Positions 38,915 through 48,973 are shown, numbered from the stretch's first letter. The stretch: DNA of 64,000 bases from an uncultured Oscillospiraceae bacterium (GCA_964507305.1 CAZDPQ010000001.1:16507-80506); one strand, 5' to 3'. Numbers and translations are program-made. The notes: a model not told the origin generated them from the sequence alone.

Positions 38915-38942
38915 TATTATACCAATTCAGTATGAAATTACA
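38915..38942 (-). promoter_or_regulatory. strong-looking sigmaA promoter (extended -10)
   Basis: On the minus strand: TTGTAA, a 16-nt spacer, then TGG-TATAAT. The leader contains ACAAACAAACAAACGAAACGA before the RBS. Confidence 0.6.
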
Positions 38943-39079
38943 ACCGGATGACGGTCCGGAATCCCACGATTTTTCGCGGAAATAAGCAGCGATGTTTGTG
39001 CAATATGTCTTACTTCGCGGTGCATATTTTGTTCACTTGCACACTCAATGGTCGATCAAGCATGGCGGTGTCACCGAAC

Positions 39080-40177
39080 TCAAGGCATCCCGCCGATGAT
39101 TTTCAGTCGTTCGATGATCGGCAGGTGCTGCGTGCAAAGCGTTTCGCACTGCCCGCATGCCGTGCATTGCAGCGCTTCCTTTTTTTTAACACCCCAGTAG
39201 TATTTGAGCCGGCCGGTCGTCGCACCGTCTTCTCCGGTCATGATCTTCCGGTTGTACGCCTCCATGAATTTCGGGATCGGGATGCCGGCGGGGCAGCTGT
39301 CGCAGTAGCCGCAGCCCGTGCAGAGGAAGTTGAGCGACTCGCGCAGATGCCGGCGGATCCCGTCGAGCCGTTCGGGCCGGATGGGGGCAAGCGAATCGGC
39401 AGCCGGGACATTTTCATCCACTTCCGCGATGGATCCCATCCCCGATAAAGTGACGGCGATTTCACGGTGGGAAATATTGAAGCGAAGCGCGGCCTGGGCG
39501 ATCGTGTCGTCCGTACCGTCCTTCAGGAAGGCAAAGAATGAGGGGTTCTGCGGGATCATCCCGCCGCCGAGCGGATTCATGGTCACGACACCCATGCCCT
39601 GTCCGTAAGCTGCACGGAGCCCTTCTTCCCGATATGCGAAATTGGACGCGTTGTATCCGAGCAGGATCCCTTCGTAGGCGCCTTCTTCGGCGACCCGGCG
39701 GATCTCGTCACCGCTCATGTGCGTCGAAATGCAGATGTGGCCGACCAGCCCTTCCTCCTTCAGGCGGAGTGCCCCTTCGTAGGGCCCGCCGGGTGCCATG
39801 ACCTTGCGGTACTGGGGAAAATTGAGAACGTTCCACATATGGAAAAAGGAAATTTTCCCGACACCCATCCTCTCCAGAGAAAGCTCGCATCGCCTCCGGA
39901 CATCATCAGCGGTCTTATCAGCCATGATCGAGCTCTTGGTAGATACGAAAAACGCACCCGGCATGTCCCGGAACGCCAGCCCGAAGATTTTTTCCGACAT
40001 GTCGTCACAGTATCCGGGTGCGGTGTCGAAATAATTGATCCCCAGCCGGTTCGCGTGCCGGACGATTTCGGCGCAGATCATCGGATCCTTTTCATAATCC
40101 TCTCTGCGGAAGCGCATGCCACCGAACCCGAGGGCGCTGACTTTTATCCCTGTTTTCCCGTATTCCTTATAGATCAT
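39080..40177 (-). CDS. aldo/keto reductase with C-terminal 4Fe-4S ferredoxin-like domain
   Basis: YGKTGIKVSALGFGGMRF AKR N-terminus. Two Cys clusters: CTGCGYCDSCP and CTACGQCETLC. Confidence 0.8.
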   Translation of the reverse strand: MIYKEYGKTGIKVSALGFGGMRFRREDYEKDPMICAEIVRHANRLGINYFDTAPGYCDDMSEKIFGLAFRDMPGAFFVSTKSSIMADKTADDVRRRCELSLERMGVGKISFFHMWNVLNFPQYRKVMAPGGPYEGALRLKEEGLVGHICISTHMSGDEIRRVAEEGAYEGILLGYNASNFAYREEGLRAAYGQGMGVVTMNPLGGGMIPQNPSFFAFLKDGTDDTIAQAALRFNISHREIAVTLSGMGSIAEVDENVPAADSLAPIRPERLDGIRRHLRESLNFLCTGCGYCDSCPAGIPIPKFMEAYNRKIMTGEDGATTGRLKYYWGVKKKEALQCTACGQCETLCTQHLPIIERLKIIGGMP

Positions 40178-40250
40178 GCCGCTCCGCTCCTTCTGCTTTT
40201 CTGCTCTTTACGCCGTCTCATGCTTCATCATCCGCCGGCCGCGGCTTCTC

Positions 40251-41171
40251 TCATACCGGCACGCCGGCTGTTCCGCCATCCGCGTCCGGCCAGGCGTTCT
40301 CGGCCATATACGAGCTGCGAACCAGCGGACCGGACGATACATGCGCGAACCCTCGCGACAAAGCGGCTTCCCGGTACCGTTCGAAAACCTCCGGATGGAC
40401 ATACTCGCGCACGGGATAATGATGCGCGGTGGGGGGCAGGTACTGTCCGATCGTCAGAAATTCGCAGCCGTGCGCTCTCAGGTCGTCCATCACCCTGAGG
40501 ACTTCTTTCGCGGTCTCGCCGAGTCCGAGCATGATGCCGGATTTCGTCCGGATCGATGGCTGCGCGGCTTTCACCCGGGCAAGCAGCTCAAGCGACCTGG
40601 CATAGACCGCCTGGGGCCGGACTTCCGGATACAGCCGCGGTACGGTCTCGACATTGTGGTTGATGACGTCCGGCTTGGCGCCGATCACCGTCTGAAGGGC
40701 CTGCGCGTCCCCCTGGAAATCCGGGATCAGGACTTCGATCCTCGGAAATCCGGCAGCATCTCCGATGCGGCGGATCGCGCCGATGACGGCGGCGAAATGG
40801 GAGGCGCCGCCATCCGGCAGGTCGTCCCGCGTGACCGACGTGACTACGGCATAACGCAGGCCCAGCCTGGCGGCGGCATCCGCGACGCGGCCGGGCTCTC
40901 CGGGATCCGGCGGCCGGGGCGTCCCCCCGGCGACGCCGCAGAACGTGCAGCCTCGCGTGCAGATGCTGCCCAGGATCATGAACGCCGCTGTCCGGCGCCC
41001 GAAGCATTCCCCGCAATTCGGGCAGGATGCCTCTTCGCAGACCGTGTTCAAGCCGAGGGACCGGAGCATGCCCGCGACCTCCGCGCTGTTTGCCGCGTTG
41101 CCCGCGGAAATGTGCAGCCATTCCGGTTTTTTCATCCTGCCTGTTACTTCCATGGCCATCTCCTTGTCCAT
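40251..41171 (-). CDS. lipA: lipoyl synthase
   Basis: [12 protein letters not shown] auxiliary-cluster motif and [10 protein letters not shown] radical-SAM motif. Preferred start is ATG 41171 (MDKEM), after the lipB stop. Confidence 0.9.
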   Translation of the reverse strand: MDKEMAMEVTGRMKKPEWLHISAGNAANSAEVAGMLRSLGLNTVCEEASCPNCGECFGRRTAAFMILGSICTRGCTFCGVAGGTPRPPDPGEPGRVADAAARLGLRYAVVTSVTRDDLPDGGASHFAAVIGAIRRIGDAAGFPRIEVLIPDFQGDAQALQTVIGAKPDVINHNVETVPRLYPEVRPQAVYARSLELLARVKAAQPSIRTKSGIMLGLGETAKEVLRVMDDLRAHGCEFLTIGQYLPPTAHHYPVREYVHPEVFERYREAALSRGFAHVSSGPLVRSSYMAENAWPDADGGTAGVPV

Positions 41172-41191
41172 TTCATCGCAGCCGCCGGCCT

Positions 41192-41917
41192 TCACGATAA
41201 ACTTCCCCGTGCCAGTTCCTCCTCGAGCGCGGCCCGGCCGATCCGGCGGAACCGGCAATCGAAATGGCGCGCCATGCTGCCGATGACCTGCTCGCGGACT
41301 GCTTCTATGTCAATGTCACGGCCCAGTTCCCGCCGGATGGATGTCACGCCTTTCGACAGGCCGCAGGGATTGATGAAGTCGAACATGCCGAGGTCGGTGT
41401 TGACATTGAACGCGAAGCCGTGCATCGTGACGCCGTTCACGACCGCCAGGCCGAACGCCGCGATTTTCGCCTCACCGACCCAGACGCCGGTGAATTTACC
41501 CGTCTGCGCGTACGCATCGATCCCGTAATGGATCCTGAGCACATCGATCAGCGACTCTTCCAGCGCTGAGATGAACCACCGGATCCCCTGCTCGAAATCC
41601 CGGAGCTGCACGATCGGATATCCGATGATCTGGCCCGGGCCGTGAAATGTCACATCGCCCCCGCGGTTGACCTCAAATGTTTCGATCCCGGCCGCGCGCA
41701 GCTGTTCTTCGGTCGCGTAGATGTTGCGCCGGTCGGTTCTGGTCCCGAGCGTCAGCACGGGCGGATGCTCCAGCAGCAGGAGCGTGCTGCCGGTGCGCCC
41801 TTCCCGGCGCGCGTCCACCAGCCTTCTCTGAAGATCCAGCGCCTCTCCGTACGGGATCGATCCAATGCTGCAAACGGTCCACTCCATGTCCGAACCCCTT
41901 TCCATTCCGATTTCCAT
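41192..41917 (-). CDS. lipB: octanoyltransferase
   Basis: [19 protein letters not shown] and [12 protein letters not shown] motifs. The start is 41917 or 41887. Confidence 0.85.
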   Translation of the reverse strand: MEIGMERGSDMEWTVCSIGSIPYGEALDLQRRLVDARREGRTGSTLLLLEHPPVLTLGTRTDRRNIYATEEQLRAAGIETFEVNRGGDVTFHGPGQIIGYPIVQLRDFEQGIRWFISALEESLIDVLRIHYGIDAYAQTGKFTGVWVGEAKIAAFGLAVVNGVTMHGFAFNVNTDLGMFDFINPCGLSKGVTSIRRELGRDIDIEAVREQVIGSMARHFDCRFRRIGRAALEEELARGSLS

Positions 41918-41926
41918 TCCGGTCCG

Positions 41927-42742
41927 TCAGGCCCGGCCGGCCCGCCGGTCCGTTCCGCCGTCGATCGCCGCGCGGACCGACGATAGATACGAATACAGGA
42001 AGGGCGCCGCCCCTGCCCGATGTTTTTCGATGATCCGGACGATCGCACTGCCGATGATCACACCGTCCGCGATCCCGGCCATTTCCGCCGCCTGTTCAGG
42101 TGACGAGACCCCGAATCCGATCGCGACGGGAGTGTCCGTTTCCTTCCGGACCTCCGCGACGATCTCCGACAGGTCTTTGCTGAAAGACTTCCGGATTCCG
42201 GTGACGCCGAGCGAAGACACGAGATAGACGAAGCCTTCCGCGCTTTTTGCGAGCCGCCGGACTCGGTCCCCGGACACGGGCGAGATGAGCGTGATGATGC
42301 GGATCCCGTGCCGCGCCGCGGCTCCCGCGATCTCCCCGCGCTCTTCGAAAGGCAGGTCGGGAATGATCAGCCCTGCGATCCCGGTTTCCGCGCAGCGCTT
42401 CAAGAAGCGTTCGTACCCGTAAACGAACACCGGATTGATATAGGTCAGAAAAAGGAGCGGAACCGGAGAACGGCTCCGGATGGAGGAAACCATGTCGAAA
42501 ATCCCGTCGATCGTGGCGCCTCCGTGCAGTGCCCGCGCGTCGGACCGCTGGATCACCTCGCCTTCCGCGACCGGATCTGAAAACGGGATGCCGATCTCGA
42601 TCAGGTCGGTGCCGGCGCGTTCCATCTCCAGGATGAATTCGGCAGTGCACGCGAGGGAAGGGTCCCCGGCCGTCAGAAAGCCGATCAGCGCTTTCTTCCC
42701 CGCGAACGCGGGAGCGATGTCCGGTATTTTTTGATCATTCAT
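41927..42742 (-). CDS. trpA: tryptophan synthase alpha chain
   Basis: ATG 42742 (MNDQKIP...[11 protein letters not shown]) overlaps the end of trpB (GATGAATGA). [12 protein letters not shown] motif. The ORF-track start at 42937 is an upstream extension. Confidence 0.92.
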   Translation of the reverse strand: MNDQKIPDIAPAFAGKKALIGFLTAGDPSLACTAEFILEMERAGTDLIEIGIPFSDPVAEGEVIQRSDARALHGGATIDGIFDMVSSIRSRSPVPLLFLTYINPVFVYGYERFLKRCAETGIAGLIIPDLPFEERGEIAGAAARHGIRIITLISPVSGDRVRRLAKSAEGFVYLVSSLGVTGIRKSFSKDLSEIVAEVRKETDTPVAIGFGVSSPEQAAEMAGIADGVIIGSAIVRIIEKHRAGAAPFLYSYLSSVRAAIDGGTDRRAGRA

Positions 42743-43943
42743 CGATCTTTTCCCCCCTGTACCTTGCGATGGCGGCCACGTCCTTGTCGCCTCTGCCCGA
42801 GAGATTGACGATAAGGACCGCGTCTTTGCCCATCTGCGGCGCGAGCCGGGCGGCATGGGCAAGTGCGTGTGCGGACTCGATCGCCGGAATGATCCCCTCC
42901 GTACGTGAAAGCGATTCGAACGCCGCGACGGCTTCATCGTCGGTCACGGGCACGTACTCCGCGCGGCCCGTGGAATGGAGCCAGGCATGCTCCGGGCCGA
43001 TCCCGGGGTAATCCAGGCCTGCCGAGATGGAGTAGACCGGCATGATCTGCCCCCATTCATCCTGGCAGAAAATCGACTTCATGCCGTGGAAGATCCCCGC
43101 GGATCCCCGGGCGATCGTCGCTGCGTGGAATCTCGTGTCCAAGCCCTTCCCCGCGGCTTCGCAGCCGATCAGCCGGACGCCGGGGTCGCCGAGGAAATGG
43201 TAAAAGGCGCCGATCGCGTTGCTTCCGCCGCCCACGCACGCGATGACCGCATCCGGGAGCCTCCCTTCGGCCCGCAGGATCTGCTCCCGCGCTTCGAGGC
43301 TGATGACGCTCTGGAAATCCCGAACGATCTCGGGAAACGGATGCGGCCCCATGACCGACCCCAGAACATAATGCGTGTCGGCGATCCGGCGCGTCCACTC
43401 GCGAAGCGTCTCATTGACCGCGTCTTTGAGTGTCATCGTCCCTGATTTTACCACATGTACCTTCGCTCCGAGAAGCTTCATCCGATAAACATTCAGCGCC
43501 TGACGCCGGGTGTCTTCCATTCCCATGAAAATCTCGCACTCCAGGCCCATGAGCGCCGCCGCCGTCGCCGTTGCGACGCCGTGCTGCCCGGCCCCGGTCT
43601 CCGCAATCACGCGCTTCTTGCCCATCCGTTTCGCGAGCAGGACCTGCCCCAGGACATTGTTGATCTTATGCGAACCCGTGTGGTTGAGATCTTCCCGTTT
43701 CAGATAGATCTTCGCACCTCCGAGGCTCGCGGTCATGCGATCCGCGCGGTACAGGAGAGACGGCCTCCCTGCGTACTCCGCCAGAAGCTTCTCCAACTCT
43801 TCGTTGAATGCGGCGCTGCCGCGGTAAAACCGGTAGGCGGACTCCAGTTCGTCCAGGGCATTCATGAGCGTCTCCGGGACATATTGCCCACCGTAGATCC
43901 CGTATCTTCCATTCCCCATGGTTTCCTTCTCCCTTCCCGTCAT
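42735..43943 (-). CDS. trpB: tryptophan synthase beta chain
   Basis: [14 protein letters not shown]-lysine motif; full length at 402 aa. Confidence 0.95.
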   Translation of the reverse strand: MTGREKETMGNGRYGIYGGQYVPETLMNALDELESAYRFYRGSAAFNEELEKLLAEYAGRPSLLYRADRMTASLGGAKIYLKREDLNHTGSHKINNVLGQVLLAKRMGKKRVIAETGAGQHGVATATAAALMGLECEIFMGMEDTRRQALNVYRMKLLGAKVHVVKSGTMTLKDAVNETLREWTRRIADTHYVLGSVMGPHPFPEIVRDFQSVISLEAREQILRAEGRLPDAVIACVGGGSNAIGAFYHFLGDPGVRLIGCEAAGKGLDTRFHAATIARGSAGIFHGMKSIFCQDEWGQIMPVYSISAGLDYPGIGPEHAWLHSTGRAEYVPVTDDEAVAAFESLSRTEGIIPAIESAHALAHAARLAPQMGKDAVLIVNLSGRGDKDVAAIARYRGEKIDE

Positions 43944-44644
43944 CCGATATGCCGTCCGGACTGCACGGCCGCGGCCGTCAAAGCGGCCGCCGGCGCGGGC
44001 TTCCGGGCCGCCTCGCGAAGCGCCCGGACGATCCGGACGGCTTCGAGGATCTTTTCCCGGTCCTTTGCGCCATCCGTCTCAACGCCGCTGCTGATGTCCA
44101 CGCAATAAGGCGAAGCTGTCCGGACCGCTTCCGCGAGATTGCCGGCATGCAGCCCGCCCGCAAGGAAGAACGGCCTGCCGCAGTCTTTCACCGGTTCCCA
44201 GTCGAACGTCTGTCCCGTGCCGCCGTATGCCCCCGGCCGCTGTGCATCAAAGAGCGGATAGTCATAAAGAGGGCTCCGCCCGTTCTCAAAATCCGTCAGC
44301 CGGCGGGCCTCGAAGTCCCTGCCGACGCGGACCGCCTTGATCAGCGGCCGCGAAACCTGCGTCCGCAGCGCGGCAACATACCGCTCATCCTCATCTCCAT
44401 GCAGCTGGATCAGGTCGATGATGCCCGCTTCGCAGCATTTCCGGATAAATTCCGGATCCTCGTTCACAAAAACGCCGACTGTCCGGATCTCTTTGCGCAA
44501 TTCGCTGCGGAGCAGATACGCCCGGTTGAAATCCACCTGCCGGCTGCTCTCCGCGAAAACAAATCCCGCAAAGTCCGGTTTTGCCTCATTGACCCATTCC
44601 ACATCGCTGAAACGTCGGATCCCGCAGATCTTGACTTTGGTCAT
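43940..44644 (-). CDS. trpF: phosphoribosylanthranilate isomerase
   Basis: [11 protein letters not shown]... and the LAGGL motif. 4-nt overlaps with both neighbours. About 35 aa of C-terminal Ala-rich tail. Confidence 0.88.
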   Translation of the reverse strand: MTKVKICGIRRFSDVEWVNEAKPDFAGFVFAESSRQVDFNRAYLLRSELRKEIRTVGVFVNEDPEFIRKCCEAGIIDLIQLHGDEDERYVAALRTQVSRPLIKAVRVGRDFEARRLTDFENGRSPLYDYPLFDAQRPGAYGGTGQTFDWEPVKDCGRPFFLAGGLHAGNLAEAVRTASPYCVDISSGVETDGAKDREKILEAVRIVRALREAARKPAPAAALTAAAVQSGRHIG

Positions 44645-45474
44645 ACCGGCCTCCGTTCCGGGCAGGCCGCCTGCCTGCAGCCTCTCGGCGCCGCCCCGGC
44701 CGCCTTCATCTTTTGCAGGAGGCCGGTCCGGTCGGCACTTCGCATGAGGCTTTCGCCGACGAGCGCCGCGTCCGCGCCGATCCCGCGCACGAACGCAATG
44801 TCCTCCGAGCCCGAGATGCCGCTTTCCGCCACGAATACCACGTCATCCGGCACAAAACGGGCCAGCCTCGCGGCGATGTCCGGATCGACCTTGAACGTCC
44901 GGAGGTCGCGGCTGTTGACGCCGATGACCGACGCCCCGCATTCGAGTGCGACGGCGATCTCCCTTTCGCTGCGTGTCTCCGCCAGGCAGGTGATCCCGAG
45001 TACGCCCGCTGCGCGAAGGAAGCGGGCGATCTGCTCCCGGCCGAGGATCGCGCAGATCAGCAGGATCGCGTCCGCGCCGTATGCCGCAGCTTCGTAGATC
45101 TGGAACTCATCGAGGATGAAATCTTTCTGGAGGACCGGGACCGCGCTGCGCGCCTTGATGGCGGCAAGATGCTCCGGGTCCCCGAGGAAAAAATCCGGCT
45201 CCGTCAGGACGGACAGGGCGTCCGCCCCTCCCGCTTCATACTCTGCCGCAATCTTCAGGAAATGAAAATCCTCCGCGATCACGCCCATGGACGGCTATGC
45301 TTTCTAGATTTCGGCAATAAGCGACAGCCCCTCCGCGCGGAGAGCTTTTTCGAACGCAAAGGATTTCGGCGCGAACCGGTCCGGAACCGAACGGATCCGC
45401 GCCGCATAGGCTTCATCCCGCTTTCTGTTCTCCACCCGCGTCAGGACGGATGCCGCGATATCATCCAGAAACAT
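44641..45474 (-). pseudogene. trpC: indole-3-glycerol-phosphate synthase interrupted by two in-frame TAG codons
   Basis: A single frame runs from ATG 45474 (MFLDDIAA) to 44641. TAG occurs at 45304-45306 and 45295-45297, giving LIAEI*KA*PSMGVIAEDF. The ORF track splits the gene into 45304..45501 and 44641..45288. Confidence 0.85.
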
Positions 45475-45478
45475 GGCC

Positions 45479-46501
45479 TCATCCCTCCCTGTCCGGCTCA
45501 TTCGAGAGCCGGACGAAACGGTCCAGGATCGCTTTGGCCGCCCCGCTGCCGATCGCCTCTTCCGCGATTTTCACGCAATCCCTCAGCGTCACGTTATCCC
45601 GCGCCATATACACGCACAGGGCGCTGTTGAGCACGACCGCGTCGCGTTTCGGGCCGCGCGCGCCGCCCAGGATCTCCCGGGCGATCCGCGCGTTGTCGGC
45701 CGGCAGTCCGCCGGTCAGGTCGCCCGGCCTGCAGCGGGCGATCCCGAACTGCTCGGGGGTGATGAAAAAGGAATTGACTTTTCCGTCGCGGACCTCGCAG
45801 ACCGTCGTCGTATCGCAGAGGGTCACCTCGTCGAGGCCGTCGTGCCCGTGGACGACCATGGCCTTTCGGACGCCGAGGTTGACGAGCACCCTGGCCATCG
45901 GCTCGACCAGGTTTTCATCATAAACGCCGAGAAGCAGGAGCTTCGCTCCGGCGGGATTGGCCAATGGCCCCAGGATGTTGAACACGGTCCGGACGCCGAG
46001 CTCCTTCCGGACCGGCGCCGCATACTTCATGGACGAATGGTACAAAGGTGCGAAAAGGAAGCACAGGCCGATCTTCTCCAGGATCTCCGCGCTTTTGCGG
46101 GGCGGGATATCGATCCGGACGCCGAGCGCCTCCAGCACATCGGCACTGCCGCATTTGCTGGAAACGCTCCGGTTGCCGTGCTTGGCGACCCGGATCCCGC
46201 AGGCGGCCGCGACGAACGCGGAAAGAGTGGAGATGTTGAAGGTCGCGGCCTCGTCCCCGCCGGTCCCGACGATGTCCATCACCTCATGACGGCACGGCAG
46301 CTTTTCGCATTTGTCGCGCATGACCGACGCGCACGCCGTGATCTCGTCGATGCTCTCCCCTTTCATCCGCAGGGCGGTCAGGAATGCTGCGATCTGCGCA
46401 TTCGTCGCCCCGCCCTCCATGATCAGGTTCATGATATTCTCCGTCTCTTCCAGAGAAAGATCTTTCCCGTTCATCAGGTCATAAATCGCTTCCCGGATCA
46501 T
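45479..46501 (-). CDS. trpD: anthranilate phosphoribosyltransferase
   Basis: DIVGTGGDEAATFNIST and KHGNRSVSSKCGSADVLE motifs. Confidence 0.93.
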   Translation of the reverse strand: MIREAIYDLMNGKDLSLEETENIMNLIMEGGATNAQIAAFLTALRMKGESIDEITACASVMRDKCEKLPCRHEVMDIVGTGGDEAATFNISTLSAFVAAACGIRVAKHGNRSVSSKCGSADVLEALGVRIDIPPRKSAEILEKIGLCFLFAPLYHSSMKYAAPVRKELGVRTVFNILGPLANPAGAKLLLLGVYDENLVEPMARVLVNLGVRKAMVVHGHDGLDEVTLCDTTTVCEVRDGKVNSFFITPEQFGIARCRPGDLTGGLPADNARIAREILGGARGPKRDAVVLNSALCVYMARDNVTLRDCVKIAEEAIGSGAAKAILDRFVRLSNEPDREG

Positions 46502-47109
46502 CGTGAATTCCTCCTTTCACCTGCGGACAGTCCGTCGTTTTCGGACCGGTCCAGAAAATTCCATAAAATGGTCCGCCCCTGCGGCGTCAGGACCGATTCC
46601 GGATGGAATTGCACGCCGTAGGTCTCGTGGTCCCGGAGACGGACCCCCATGACTTCCCCCGCGTTGTCCTCGGCGATCACGAGCAGCTCGTCCGGCAGCG
46701 TGCTCCGCCGTGCCGCGAGCGAGTGGTACCGGCCCGCTTCGATGACCGGAGGGAGCCCCCTGAAAACGGGGCTGCCGTTCGCCAGGTGGACCAGACTTTT
46801 CTTGCCGTGCATCATCTCGGCCGCGTAGGTGATTTCGGCGCCGAACGCTTCGCAGATGGCCTGATGGCCGAGGCAGACGCCCAGGATCGGGATCCTGCCG
46901 GCATGTTCCCGGATGATCGCTTCGCAGGCGCCTGCGTCTGCCGGGCGCCCCGGCCCCGGCGAAAGGACGATGTGCGAAGGCTTCAGCGCCGCGACATCGT
47001 CCGGCGTGACCCGGTCGTTGCGGACGACCCGGATGTCCGGTGATTTTTCACCGATCATCTGGTACAGGTTATAGGAAAAGCTGTCGTAGTTGTCGATCAG
47101 AAGGATCAT
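46498..47109 (-). CDS. trpG: anthranilate synthase component II (glutamine amidotransferase)
   Basis: ATG 47109 (MILLIDNYDSFSYNLYQ) forms an ATGA overlap with the trpE stop. GVCLGHQ catalytic Cys. Confidence 0.92.
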   Translation of the reverse strand: MILLIDNYDSFSYNLYQMIGEKSPDIRVVRNDRVTPDDVAALKPSHIVLSPGPGRPADAGACEAIIREHAGRIPILGVCLGHQAICEAFGAEITYAAEMMHGKKSLVHLANGSPVFRGLPPVIEAGRYHSLAARRSTLPDELLVIAEDNAGEVMGVRLRDHETYGVQFHPESVLTPQGRTILWNFLDRSENDGLSAGERRNSR

Positions 47110-48599
47110 GCCGATACCTCCCCCGCAGCGCGTACCGCCTGCATCATCGCCTCGGCCTTGTTCGCGCATTCGGCGTATTCGCGTTCCGGAACGCTGTCCG
47201 CCACGATGCCCGCGCCGGATTGGATGTAGATCTTCCCGCCTTTTGACACCGCCATGCGGATCGCAATGCAAAGGTCCATGTTCCCCGAAAGGGAGATGTA
47301 CCCCGCCGCTCCCCCGTAGATCCCGCGCTTATGACCCTCAAGCGCATTGATGATCTCGCAGGCGCGGCGTTTCGGCGCACCGGAAAGCGTCCCGGCCGGG
47401 AGGACGGCCGCCATGGCGTCGAATCCGTCCGCATCCTCCCGGAGCACGCCGCGGACGGAGGATGTGAGGTGCGTCACATGGGAATATTTCACGACTTTCT
47501 GGTAATCCTCGACCCGCACCGTACCGAACCGGCTGACCTTCCCGAGGTCATTCCGCCCGAGATCGACCAGCATATTATGTTCGGCAAGCTCTTTTTCATC
47601 GCGCACCAGATCCGCGATCAGCCGTTCGTCTTCTTCCGGCGTCGACCCGCGCGGGCAGGTGCCGGCGATCGGGAACGTGCGCAGGATGCCGTCCTCGAGG
47701 CGTATCAGCGTTTCGGGCGAAGCCCCTGCCACCTGAGTGTCGTCTGTACTGATGTAGAACATGTACGGAGACGGGTTGATCGTCCGGAGAGCCCGGTAAA
47801 CGGGAAGGAGATCGCCGCTGAATCCGGCTTCGAAGCGGTTGGAAAGCACTGCCTGGAAAATGTCGCCTTCGCGGATATGTTCTTTGGCTTTCCGCACCAG
47901 GCCGCAATACTCTTCTTCGCCGAAGAGCGGACGGAACGGCGACGACACCGAAGATTTCTCGCCGGACCGTTCCGTGTTTTCATGGAGGATGTTCTCGATC
48001 TCCTTGATGCGGATCACAGCGCCGATGTAATTCGGCTCGAGATCCTTCGTCTCGATGTTGACAATGATCCGGATCTTCTGCTTCAGGTGGTCGAACACGA
48101 TGACCTTGTCATACAGCATGAGATGGAAATCGTCGAACCCCGGGGCATTGTCGTTTTCGAGCGTCAGGCCTTCCTCCGCATATTGGACAAAATCGTAGGA
48201 AATCGTTCCGACCAGCCCGCCGGTGAACCGCGGAAAACCTTCCGGCTCCGGGCTTCGGAACGCGCCGGCGATCTCACGCAGCACGCCCAGCGGCCCGCCG
48301 CTCCGGGCGACCTCTGCTGCGTCCAGGGAGCAGGATGTCCCGAGGGCAAAATCCCTGATCATGATCGTGCGGTCCAGGGCACGGATCTCCATCCGCGGAT
48401 CCAGGCCGAGGAATGAGTATCGGCCCCACTTTTCACCGCCCTCCACGCTCTCGAGGAGAAAGCATCTCTCCCCCCGCTTCTTGAGGCTGCGCAGAACCTG
48501 GATCGGCGTCCGGATATCCGAATAGATCTCCATGCCGACCGGCACGACCGGATAGCTGCGCGCGTATTCCCTTGCTTCCTCCATCGTCGGACTGACCAT
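47106..48599 (-). CDS. trpE: anthranilate synthase component I
   Basis: GTLSGAPKRRACEII and LESVEGGEKWGRYSF motifs. ATG 48599 (MVSPTMEEA) follows GGAAGGAGAG. The ORF-track start at 48734 lies inside the T-box leader. Confidence 0.92.
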   Translation of the reverse strand: MVSPTMEEAREYARSYPVVPVGMEIYSDIRTPIQVLRSLKKRGERCFLLESVEGGEKWGRYSFLGLDPRMEIRALDRTIMIRDFALGTSCSLDAAEVARSGGPLGVLREIAGAFRSPEPEGFPRFTGGLVGTISYDFVQYAEEGLTLENDNAPGFDDFHLMLYDKVIVFDHLKQKIRIIVNIETKDLEPNYIGAVIRIKEIENILHENTERSGEKSSVSSPFRPLFGEEEYCGLVRKAKEHIREGDIFQAVLSNRFEAGFSGDLLPVYRALRTINPSPYMFYISTDDTQVAGASPETLIRLEDGILRTFPIAGTCPRGSTPEEDERLIADLVRDEKELAEHNMLVDLGRNDLGKVSRFGTVRVEDYQKVVKYSHVTHLTSSVRGVLREDADGFDAMAAVLPAGTLSGAPKRRACEIINALEGHKRGIYGGAAGYISLSGNMDLCIAIRMAVSKGGKIYIQSGAGIVADSVPEREYAECANKAEAMMQAVRAAGEVSA

Positions 48600-48620
48600 G
48601 CGGCTCTCCTTCCCGGGGAT

Positions 48621-48935
48621 AAAAAAACACTCGTCCCCGATGAATCCATCAAGGACGAGTGCTTCAAAGTCACCCGTGGTGCCACCTTGCTTTGCGATGC
48701 CGAAAACATCGCACTCTCTGCGGAATACCGTCATATTCCCCGCAACTCACGTATGCGCCCACGTCACGGAATACTCGGGCCGGCCGCCTGACCGCGCCGT
48801 TCGCCCTTTGACCATGCCCTCCGCGGTCCATTTGATATCCTGCGTTGTACGGGACTCTCAGCGCCGCCCGCTCTCTGTAACCGCACGAATACCGTTATCT
48901 CCGCATCACCGGTTTAAAAAAGGTATATTCGGTTT
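48621..48935 (-). promoter_or_regulatory. T-box leader, Trp-specific (specifier UGG)
   Basis: The minus strand shows a stem-I AGAGAG element. The specifier-loop sequence AUCAAAUGGAC has UGG at 48828-48830. The T-box sequence is AAGGUGGCACCACGGG (48673-48686), with a UGGC bulge complementary to GCCA. The terminator CACTCGTCC...GGACGAGTG plus T7 lies at 48621-48661. Confidence 0.82.
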
Positions 48936-48941
48936 GTCTGA

Positions 48942-48970
48942 AGTCTATACGGTCTGCATTATTTTGTCAA
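48942..48970 (-). promoter_or_regulatory. putative sigmaA promoter of the trp operon
   Basis: On the minus strand: TTGACA, a 17-nt spacer, then TAGACT. It begins 4 nt after the stop of the upstream gene. Confidence 0.55.
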
Positions 48971-48973
48971 GAG

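Noticed and set aside
45295-45306. Reading the trpC TAG codons as pyrrolysine or as evidence of genome-wide amber reassignment
   Set aside because: TAG ends at least four well-delimited ORFs in this window, at 23445, 29492, 38019 and 48974. The two positions correspond to different conserved residues (Lys and Ser). No pyl genes or CUA-anticodon tRNA occur in the window. The idea is not formally excluded genome-wide, so the checks are listed under the finding.
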